A stretch of 64,000 bases of DNA from Microbotryum violaceum (Eukaryota), in contig CDLV01000010.1 of assembly GCA_001244265.2 (NCBI GenBank), positions 1,302,001-1,366,000 on the forward strand. Reading direction: 5' to 3'. Within the stretch, counting starts at the first letter, position 1. Each line of letters opens with the position of its first letter. A model generated the notes under the pieces. That model was given only the letters and a program-made list of their open reading frames with translations, did no database searches and was not told the DNA's origin. A program made the position numbers and the translations under genes. Positions 1 to 9,862 of the stretch are shown here, one piece after another.

Positions 1-2416
1 GGGTGGCCCGAACGAACGCACTGCCAGTAGCGCTCTTGTTCGCGAAGATCAAGACCAGTCGTATCGGGCAAGAACATCCAGGTGAGGACGGCACCAATGA
101 GACCGAACCATGGCACGAACCAAAACTTGGTGTGGTTGTCGATGTAATTGTAAAGGACGGTGGGGACGAGGGCTCCGAGCTTTCCGGAGGCAGCTGAGAA
201 CCCGTGAGCACTACCACGCACGTTGGCGGGGTACACTTCGGCGGCGACGAGGAAAGTGGTGCAGTTAGGACCGAACTGTCAAGGTGGGAAGGCACAACGT
301 CAGTACCTCTGCAATGCCGAGATCGAACTGAGGATCCTGCGAGAGGATTGCGTGAAGAAGACGGATGACATACCTGAACGAAGAAGGACGACATGAAGTA
401 CAAGAACTGGAACATCTTGATCGGAGCTCCAGGCTTGCGGACTGAGGAGCCCAAGAAATGAGCAGCGGATGTCAGTCAACCTGGATCAAAATCACGCAAG
501 AGACCGGTTCCTTCAGGAAAGAGACTTACGCTGATCGTACCAGATGGCACAGGCGAGGAAGGCAGCAAAGTTGAAGGCGAAACCGATCTGCTGCATCCTT
601 ACGCGACCATAGCGCTTGTGATCGATAAGTCCGGCCGCGACGTAGTAACCGCACATGGAGACGACAGCGTTCTGTAGGGGCGCGAGCAAACAGTACCAAC
701 GTCGGCGAAAGCTGCGGGTATTGCAAAAGTGGCGCGTGTGCAGCGCGAAAACGTACAAGGAGAGAGTACTCCCAAGTGACCCACAGCGAGGCTCCAGGCT
801 TGATGATTTGGATGAAGATACCTTGGAAGACCTTGTTACCGTAGAAGCTATGGGCAGACAAGATGAAGCACGAATGTCAGAGGAAGCGTCATCCCACCGA
901 GGCGAAACGAGCCGGACTGACAAGATATCGGTCGCGAACCAACCAGCAGCAGTGGCGATCAAACGACCCCAGTAGTGCGAGCAGACGAGCTTGAGCGAAA
1001 CGGTGTCGTAGCCGGAAACGTTGGAGCGCTTCTTGGCGGCCTGGACAATAAGATCGGCGTCCTTGATGTGGTAGTAACGGAAGTAGGCGAGCCATGCGTG
1101 AAGGAGGCCGATGATGCCAAACGATACACGGAAGGTGTACTGGGCAGCCTTCTCGGAGTAGGGGGGTTCGGTTCGGCCAGAGTGGAAGATGAACAGGAGC
1201 AACATAAGAAGCGCCTGATTGAAGACTTGTCCCCAACCTTGCATGAGGAAAGCTAAAACTACGTTGCGACCACGGTGCAAGCGATCATCACGGGCACCCT
1301 CCGGGCCGGCCAAGTCCCGCTCGATCGAACGGGTACCGCAAGTCGGATATTCACCACCAACGCCTTATTGGGGAAGAGCATATACAGCGTTAGTTCCCGA
1401 TGGTCTTCCATGATGGTTTGACGCTCTCAGAAAGTCACTCACCGATACCATAGATGAAGAGGGAGATGGTGTAGGCGATGACCCATCCTTGGAGGGTCGC
1501 GCCCCACACGGAGGTGAGCATGATGACACCGATCAACATGACGACGGCATCCTGGACAAGACCGAACTTGCGGCCGATGAAATCCGCCTCCCAACCGACG
1601 AGGAGTTGACCGATGATGATACCGACGATCTCGAGGTAAGTGACACTTGCGATCAAATTCTTGTTGCAAACCTGGTGCGTCTTGCCCCAGCACTGAGGCC
1701 AGACGGCGGCGAACAACGGTTGCAGATTGCCAATCGAGAACAGGACGAAGCCTTCGACGAAAAGACCCATACCTGTTCCGAGTCATGGCGTAGCGCATCG
1801 CGAGCGTTTGTCAGTCTCCAGTAGTCTTGGGCGTACCCCGGGTAAGCTTTTCGGTGCAAGTCGCCGACTTGACTTGCTTAGGCGCCGACACCGATTTTGA
1901 ACTGACCGTTGCTGACATATTTGCGGAAGTAGGCGCCGAGGGGAGCCAGAGGATCGATCTTGGCCGAAGCACCGATGGCCTTGAGTTCTCGGAGAGCCTC
2001 CTTGTTGCTCTGTTCATTGATCCACTTGCGCCGCTCACCGTTGGGCACTGCGAATGAGCATCAGAGTGCGGAGGAGGCTAGACCCGTCAGCGCGCGTAAT
2101 TCGAAGGGTGGCGGAGCGAGCCTGTTGGAAGGCCCAGCTAAGCGTCTGCAGCCAACGCCGACCGCGACCGCGAGACCGACGTGCGGCAACGACGAATACC
2201 CTCCCGAGCAGCCATGAAAAGTAAACACAACTCACAGTCAGCCCAGTAGGTACCGTTGGCGGTGTAACTGTCGTCGGGGTAGAGCGCATCTTGCAAAAAG
2301 GCTTCGCGGTCGGCGTTGCTGAGCGACGTTCGTCCGGAGCCAGTCCCGCTCGAAGTCTGCTGCGAAACCGGCTGCTTCTCAGTTATGGAGTCGTGAGAAA
2401 GCGGCATCGTAGCCAT
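1..2416 (-). CDS. MFS inorganic phosphate transporter (Pho84-like); multi-exon, 3' end runs off the window
   Basis: ATG at 2416 (MATMPLSHDS). Spliced pieces read GLFVEGFVLFSIGNL, ADFIGRKFG, GVGGEYP, HRGRNVVLAFLMQGWGQ, FYGNKVFQ, YGRVRMQ, FGPNCTTFLVAAEVYPAN, all typical of the PHS (Pho84) subfamily. Confidence 0.85.
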
Positions 2417-2935
2417 GTCCGCGGCGCACGCAGTACAACTTCCTCTAGGGAGGGGTTAGAGAAGAAGATGAAGATGGGTAGGGACCGATCTTAAGGTGCG
2501 GAGAACTTAAGAGAAGGTGTGCGAAGGAGAGCAGAGGGACGGAAGATTATCTTGAGGTTAGTCGATCTAGTCGCCCGTCGGCTCGGAAACTTGATCGACA
2601 CGTTCCATGCTCCCCTTGCCCCCCGTTCGACACCCCTGGCTGGTGGCCTCGGGACGAAAAATGTTTGCCTCCAACACTTATGCAGATGCATTTTTAGAAA
2701 GTCATGCTGTCCCACGACCTGACGTCTGTTGCGTGATTGGTTCGGCATTGGGCAATTTGGGCATTGGGAACGGCCTATTGCGAGCGAGTTCCCAGGGCCC
2801 GATACGGCAAACGCGCGATGCACGTTTGACCAATCAAAAGCGCCGTGCCAGGCGTTTGCGCGAGGTGGATCACGCTCCTCTTGTGAAGCATACTGCAGTC
2901 ATGTAGCATCAGGGGCAGATGACAACTTGGAAAAA

Positions 2936-3157
2936 TTAAAGCTGAATCCTCTCTGACAGCCACAAAAAAACTGGCATCTTCCACGTCGTTGTAGCACGTT
3001 TGGTAACTATTTCATCGACTCGAGCACTTGAGCGCACGTGCGCTCGTTCTTGCACGTCTCGAGCAATTGTTGGTGCATCAAGAGGAGCGGCGATCGAGAA
3101 GGTCGATTGGAGGACGAGCAAGGTCGCGGCGAGGAGGCCGGAGCGAGCGAGGACCAT
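2936..3157 (-). pseudogene. Short secreted pre-pro-peptide ORF, or the truncated 5' end of a secreted-protein gene
   Basis: AAA-ATG context; hydrophobic signal peptide (MVLARSGLLAATLLVLQSTFSIA-AP); propeptide ending in KR; only ~19 residues follow, through a T7 run, before the stop. Confidence 0.4.
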
Positions 3158-3229
3158 TTTGACTTGGCCAGGATCGTTTAGGGGCAGGCGCGAGATGTCA
3201 CAGTTAGTTTTTTTAGTATCATTATCATT

Positions 3230-3232
<3 letters not shown>

Positions 3233-3274
<42 letters not shown>
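3233..3274. repeat. Poly(T)42 homopolymer in an AT-rich patch, at the left edge of the accessory block
   Basis: Read directly; TTAGATTT occurs at both ends (3228-3235 and 3273-3280). Confidence 0.95.
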
Positions 3275-3277
<3 letters not shown>

Positions 3278-3313
3278 TTTCAGTAACAGTATAATTGTAT
3301 TAATACCTAGAAA

Positions 3314-4560
3314 CCTTCGGAAAAGTCCGAAGGAATGCTTTTACGCACACTGGCGGAAGCCAGTAGTGTAGGACTCATCGACCCTTCGTCACAACCATAC
3401 CTACCAAAAACCCCTTAGGTGGCTTACAAGACACAAGGCGACCCGTGGACTCCTGGATAGACGCTCGAAGCTCCTCGAATTCCGTTTCGGTGATCGGTTC
3501 CAAAGGATCCGACGAGAGTCTGAAGAGTTTCTATTCTGATTAGGCTTGAACTCCTGATTCTATTTCTGATATGCTAAACGGAAGATATCCTTGCTTTAAA
3601 AATTTTGCCTAGGCCTTACAAGTAATTAGCTTGTTCGTATGTTTAGTGCGCCTGGGTGACACTTTACTTCTTGGTCTCTTCTCCGTTCGCTCTCGCAACG
3701 GTTCTGACTGAAGTGTCATTCAGTGCGAGATACAAAGTGTCCCAAATCAATCATACGAGCGAGGCGAGTGCCCCGGAGTAAACTTGAGGGGGCTAAGAAC
3801 TCTCCGAACGATGGAGATGGTATAGGAAGGAAGGAATGAGAAGACATTCTGTCGGGACCGGAGGACGTTCACCCTTCTGCATCTCATTCCTTGCCCGGGA
3901 GTGATTTTTGGAGCCTTTGGATCCCGCCACTTGGAGGAACGAGCTGCAGGGTGTCTCGGATGCGCTGGGACGGAGGACTCGCCGGCACCGAAATTACGGG
4001 CCGCGCGGTGATTCGACGGCTCGGTAGCCGATAAATAAATCGGTGAAAACCCACCCGTTCCCTAGTAGCTACTTGGCACTGCAGTGCAAGTGGGTCCGGG
4101 TGGTTTGCTTGTCCCGGCGAGAGCGTTGCGTTATGACCGAGAGGTGCCTGGTAGTTACACAAGATGCTGACATTTGATGATCCCTTGGGTCGATGACTCG
4201 ATCATCTCGGTGACCTCGCCATGTCCAGTCAGAGGCAGTATGGTTTTTGGGAGACGAGATCGGATTCGCCAAAACGGCTCGTCCTGAAAGGGCGGGACGA
4301 CAAGGCGGTAACCGTGCGTTTAATGTGAATGGTTTGGTGTGACGAGTCGCTCAGTCGAGAGTGCGAAAGGGCGCAAACTGGGATCGGCTCGGCGGGAGGA
4401 GTCGAATGCATCGCGCTCGGTGAGAAAGAAAGATTGATCGATTCGAGCATGATTGGCACTGAAGACGAAAACAAGGTGATGCAACCCAATCTACTCTGCC
4501 CAGTCGACGCTCGAAATGGTTTTCGGGGATAGCGTCGACCTGCTCCGACCGTTGTTTCTG
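3314..4560 (+). ncRNA. Candidate large structured non-coding RNA (~1.25 kb) of unknown family, convergent with the Fanzor gene
   Basis: No convincing ORF. Stems: 3314-3321/3326-3333; 3349-3354/3359-3364 (GGAA loop); 3630-3641/3752-3763; 3658-3665/3734-3741; 3831-3841/3882-3892 (11 bp, perfect); 4176-4182/4200-4206; 4343-4349/4385-4391; 4503-4511/4531-4539. The non-Watson-Crick pairs I found read as G-U on the + strand, and GNRA loops lie on +. Confidence 0.6.
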
Positions 4561-4695
4561 AAGCTGACTGAACGAATTGGATAACAGGCTGTACATATTG
4601 ACCACTTCACCCATCGTTCTTAGCACCGACCCGATCCTCTGCTTTTTGACTGGCACGATGGCAAGCAATCTGTCACTGCCCAGGAGACTCGGCTT

Positions 4696-7600
4696 TCAGG
4701 CTTCTCCAACTCCCCCTTCCCTCGCTTCCCCTTCGCGCTCCTTGTTCCTGCCCTTTCCTCCGGGCTTGCTCCCTTTGGCCTTGCTGCCTTGCTGCCCCTT
4801 CTCGTCCTGCTTGTCCTCGTCCTTCCCGGCCTTGGGGTACCTGAAGGGGTGTTGTTGGAACGCGGCGACTTGTAAGCCCACAGTCGGCATGTTGCGTGCC
4901 GCGACAATGTCGCGGTGGATGGGCGGACGGCATTCTTTCTCGCACAGCATGACCCGCAGATTATTATGCTCGGCCCCGTGTGCTCGGCCATCCTTGAGAA
5001 GTCTGTGCGACCGGCGCGCCGTGACCGGTGCGATGTGACACCAGCAGGACATAGTCCCGTCGTTAGCATAATCCGGCAACGCCTTGGAACTCGTTCACGA
5101 CTGCTAGAATGTCCTGAAGGAACCTACCGGGATCGCTCCCCTGTCACCTCGTTGCGGCAGGTGGGGTCGCTGCAGACCGAGGAGGTATTGTATTCGTCGA
5201 CCGAGACGATCTCCACCACGAATCCTCACTCTTTCAATCTGTTGAACTCTTGAACGAGGTCTCGGCAAAGGACATTCGTCCTATACGTCGCCTTCTGTGT
5301 TCCACGACTCGAGCCTCCCTCGCCAACGAAGACCAGCACCGGACGTTGGCGCGGCGACAGGATGTCCTTTCGTTGGAGGACCTCTGCGGTCTTAATCTTG
5401 CTCAAGTCCGCTTGCTTTAACGTGTCATCGCGGGCCCTCTCTACAACAAGGTTGAAGCACGAGGTTCCATACGACAATCAGTATCCGGCTTGAACTTGTT
5501 CGAGAAGACTCCCTGCGGCGTGAAACGGAGGACGAACCTATCGTCCTCAAACCTGAAACCTCCATCACCTGCTCGACGAAGCGTCTTCTCGAAGCCTTGG
5601 TTAAGAGATTGGTCTTGGCCGCCCAGGCCTGTCGATTCGGCTCGCCGAGAAGGAGACGAGAGGAGGATCCACGAGCGAGCTCGGCGCGAGTGCGTGCGTC
5701 GGCGTCGTCGCGCTCGGTCGTATTCGAGTCAGAGGGGGCTGAAGCAGGACCGTCGAGGGTGGCGGCGGAGGTGGCAGGGCGTTGTCCCTCAAGAAGGGTT
5801 GCTGCGTGGCCGGGAGGTTTGGCGTGACCGAATCGGAGGCTGCCGGCCAGTTCAGCCGAGAGCTTCCGAACGTGGCTCTGCACCTTCCTCAACGGCTTGT
5901 CCAGCGCATCCGCGTAGATGACGACATCGTCTTGAATCTGAACCTCATTTCGGTCAAAGAGGGTAGCCGAAACGGCAATAGGACATTTCGTGCCCAGGTC
6001 GATGCCAATAACGATGGAGTCGTTGGCACCGTCCTGGACGATTTGTCGGAGTGCCGCATCGGTCGTGTAGTGGGTTCCGATGCGATCTGGACCAGCCCAG
6101 TCCTGCTCCGGCGATGGAAGTAAAGGCGAACACGGTTCGTCAGCTGGATGATACTGGATCCATTCCCCCCGGCCCGGAGACGGGTGGCCCCCGCGCCCGC
6201 GCAGCGAATACGCACCCCACCCTTGCCGTGGCTGTAGAGAAGTTTGAGGACCTTCTCGCCAGCATTCTCGACCCTCTCGAGGCGCGGCATACCGCCTCGT
6301 ACTGTCGGTAATGGGCGCAGGGTCGAGGCGGAAACCCACTTGACGAGCTCGTTCGGAGTTGCGAGGAGCGACAACCGTGCGACACAATCGTACGTCGGGT
6401 CGAACGCCACGGTTCCACTACTGGTCACGTGCTGGAATGTATCCGCGATCGACTGCGGGTCACGCGTGGATGCCGGGGCAGGGGTGTCGGCGCAAATTGG
6501 GCGGAGCAGGGGCAACTTGTTGGGGACCGCCTTGGCGACGTTGTAGCCTAGAAGCCGGACCGTTTGTCCATCCGATCGCCATTCTCCGTGGGGCACAAAG
6601 CCATTCGCCCCAAAGCACTCGACGTTGAAAAGAACCTTCGCCACGAGGGCTCCGAGATGATCGAATGGGGTGTCGATCCCACCCGAGTCAGGCCGACGGC
6701 TGGGGGGGGCCGCCTTCTTGGCGCGCTTGAAAGGGGGAGGATCGAGCGTCGTTTCGGGTGAGGGCTCTTCGAGATTGGCCGTGGATGAAGAGGCGGTAGC
6801 GAGAGCCGGTGCCACGTTGGCCGGGGCGGTGGTGGCACGAGGGGTCGCTTCCCCGAGCTGCTGATTGAGGTGACGGCGCAGCACCTCCCAGCGCTCGATC
6901 CATTCTCGCTTTGACGCCCACGAGTTCGTTGAGGTCTCGACAAAGGAGTAAGCGGAGGAGCGAGGGGGCTCGATCTGCGCGAGTAGCACGGTTGCGACGT
7001 GGTCCACGGGGTTGCTCGAGACGTGCGATCGCCAAGGCACCCAAACGCATCGTAGCCATTCGAGCAAGGTCTTGGCCACGTCTTCACCTTTGTAGATGAG
7101 GGTAGAAGTGCGTCGTAGGGTCATGGTAATGAACTCGCCCCCCAAATTCTGTACAAAGAGGTCGGATGGTTGAACAATCGGATCAGTGCAACTGCACTCG
7201 CATTGGAGCGCGTCGGCCCGGTGAGAGCCGGCGGTGCCACCACTCACCAATCCAAGGCCTCGGGTGTGCCCGCTCGCAACCTTGAGCGCGTGGAGGACCG
7301 GGAAGAGACAATGGGGGCGGTGTGATACCCCTCGGATCCAGTCGCAGATCGTCTGCTCGGCAAGACAGGAGCGCTCGTCGGGTGTGAGCATCCGCGGCGA
7401 GTTGTGGCGGATGATTTGCACCGTAACTTGGAACGTAGACCTTGCCACCGACGCTAGATCATAAAGGTTTGCCGCCTTTTGTGTCTGATTGGAGGCCTTG
7501 TCGTGTAGACTCGCGATCTTTGTGGTCAGGTCGCAAAGGAGTCGAACGTCGTGGCCGTCGGGCGAGTCGCGAGTCTGGCTTCGTAGACAGCCTCAACAAC

Positions 7601-8408
7601 GGCCTTCTTGACGCTCGACTTGAGTAACGAGCCCAGATCCTTGCCCCTTTTCGCGGGTGACGAGTACTTTGCGTCGTCCGCATCGTCGTCCTGAGGGGGT
7701 GTATTCGAGTTGTCGACGAAGCGACTGTCGACAAAGGCTGCGACGATTTGGTAAACTCGGTCTTTCCATCCAAAAAGCGCTTCGACGATCCTCATCGCAC
7801 GGTCGTCCCACCATTTGGGGGTGTGGGGGATCAGGGGGATCGGAGGGCGATTGCGTTTGGTTGCCTCAACGGCGTAGATCAAGGTAACCCACGCCTGTGC
7901 GAGGACCGATTCAGGGAACCCGTACCAGCGTGCCACCAACGAGCCGTCAGCCCCGTGCTCGTTTCGTCGCTGGTGTCTCGAACCATACGTCACTTACACC
8001 AGAAAATCCGATCGAGTCTTGCCCCCCCGATACGCGACGAAAATGCTCGTATTCTTGAGCACGTCGTTGCGACCCCTCGGGCGCATCCGAGGTGAGCCGA
8101 TCCGCGAATTTCGTCAAGGTCCTGCCGGGCGTCGCCTTGCCGCCGTCTTCTCGCAAGAGGTAGAGGAAGGCAAAGAGCAAGGTCCGCCACGCGTTCTTCT
8201 TGTCGCCTAGGTGTCTTCACTGATCGTCGGTGAGCTTGGTCAGGGTATGCCCTAGGGCCTCGCCGAGAATGGACTCGATCTCCCTGTGCGAGATCACAAG
8301 GAGGCGCACGAGCGGCTGCAGCGTGTGCAGACTCGGCTTTCGATCGGAGCCGGCAAATGGAGCGTCTACCGGAGCGGCATGCTCCGTTCGTGGCACTGGG
8401 GTCTCCAT
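4696..8408 (-). pseudogene. Fanzor1-type (eukaryotic TnpB) RNA-guided nuclease, six exons, ~1,060 aa when repaired; disrupted in this copy
   Basis: Exons 8408-7998, 7894-7248, 7148-6216, 6102-5538, 5440-5128, 5002-4696. Motifs in order: FVPHGEWRSDGQTVRLLGY (WED-type TDG motif), IVIGIDLG (RuvC-I D, 5998-6000), LVFVGEG, VDEYNTSSVCSDPTC (RuvC-II E, 5193-5195), CEKEC, HRDIVAARNM (RuvC-III D, 4909-4911). In-frame TGA at 8217-8219 and 5226-5228; frameshift near 7530-7600. Confidence 0.88.
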
Positions 8409-9269
8409 CTTCGCGGGTGAAATTGATGATGGTGCGACGTGGTGCGAGGCGAAGGCGCTTGACGGGGACCGGCGCGCTCCTGGCTCATCAGTTCGATCTT
8501 CTGATCCCTCAAAATGACTCCGAACCATGGAAGGGCAACACGAGTAATGGGTCGTTGGACTCAGAGTAGTACGAGCAGATGTGTGAAAATATGAGCCTCG
8601 TGTTACAACCATCAAGAACACTGCTTTGCGCATTGTTGCTGCTACAAATCAGGTCGACTTGGTGACCTCGGGTGACCGAGGGGTCTCCTTTTTCGGAAGA
8701 TCGCATCGCAGACGAGCGGCGGCGGCGCGGGCTAGCGTCGTTGGCACGGATGAACCAAGAACTTGACGTCGAGTCGATTGATAAGCGCCAAGCCTGGCCT
8801 CCGGGCGAGTATAAAAGCGCCACCCCGCTCTCACCTCTCTCACTCCTTCCTTCTTCTTCGTTGATGAGTACCTCTCACATGGCTCCTCCACCACTGGGCC
8901 GAAACCGACTAGCGCATCGACGCAGCACCGAGGCGGTAGGTGGTGGAAGTCGGCAGTAGTGTACCATCAGCCACCGTGAGTTCACCCCTCCCACTTGTTG
9001 CAAGTATGTACCACCGTCGCTGACTTGGGCACTGCCCTCCTCTGGTCTTGACTCGGATCGTCACCAGCCTCCGATCTCGCTCTTGATCGAAGAGGGGCCC
9101 ACGGCAGTCCTGGTCGTCTTGCGAGGTAAAAAGTTTGGGAGAAGTTGTTGATTATCATTGTATCGGGTCAGTCCCGCTTGTGGCCACCTCCGAGCATGCA
9201 CCCCCACCGCCACCGCAGCTGCCATCATCGGCCGGACACGACCTCGTACGACAGACTTGGGCTGACCTT

Positions 9270-9590
9270 GCTCTGACCTTCACCTTTGCATGCCCGTTCA
9301 TCTTCATCTACCTTCACATCACACCATCTTCACCTCTATATCGATTCTCGTCTTCACCTTCACCCTTCACCCTTCCCCATCACCATCACATTCGCTTCCC
9401 CCTCGAATCACCTCCACCTTCATCCTTTGCCTTCATCTCTACGTCTGTTTCTCCCCATTGTACCTCCACCTTTGAATTTACCGCATTTCATGCTGCTCGT
9501 TTTTGACCTTGATCTTGAACGCCAACCTCGCCTTCACCGCACCGTCCACCTCTTGCTTACGTCATCCACCTCCACCTTTGCCTCCACCTC
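9270..9590. repeat. Degenerate C/T-rich hexamer low-complexity tract (CACCTT/CATCTT-like)
   Basis: Recurrent caccttcacc, catcttcacc and cacctccacc units; produces spurious HLHL/SSSP ORFs. Confidence 0.7.
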
Positions 9591-9862
9591 GGGTTTTGGC
9601 GTTACAGGGGATTTCCTTGTCCGCCAATCGGCAGTGCAAGACGTCATGACCGGTATCAATGATGAATCAACAACTTTGTCCACAAAAAGTGAGTTTTATG
9701 CACACCAGGTATCACTGCATACTAGTAGTTCCGTCTGCTCGAACGTCAAGCTGCGAGCTGCTGCTAACATGCATGGTCACCCGCCGCCGACAGCTGCTTC
9801 AACTGGCAATGCGGCGGGACAGGTCAGACTCGAGGAGGGGATGATGGAGCGGAAGTGTGTGG

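Noticed and set aside
3314-4560. Telomerase RNA as a firm call
   Set aside because: Size and pseudoknot fit, but I found no (C)UAACCCUAA template for TTAGGG repeats. It remains possible only if the telomere repeat is non-canonical.
3500-4560. Group I/II intron or hammerhead ribozyme
   Set aside because: GTGCGCC (3646) and CTGAAGA (3520) occur, but I could not find domain V, the P7 R/S elements or a correctly placed GAAA; a covariance search is needed.
5226-5228. Selenocysteine or programmed UGA readthrough in the Fanzor
   Set aside because: The positions are not Cys-like and an independent frameshift exists; CpG deamination is the simpler explanation.
3233-8408. LINE/non-LTR retrotransposon suggested by the minus-strand poly(A)
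   Set aside because: No reverse transcriptase (YADD), APE or gag motifs; the only coding content is an intron-containing RuvC nuclease.
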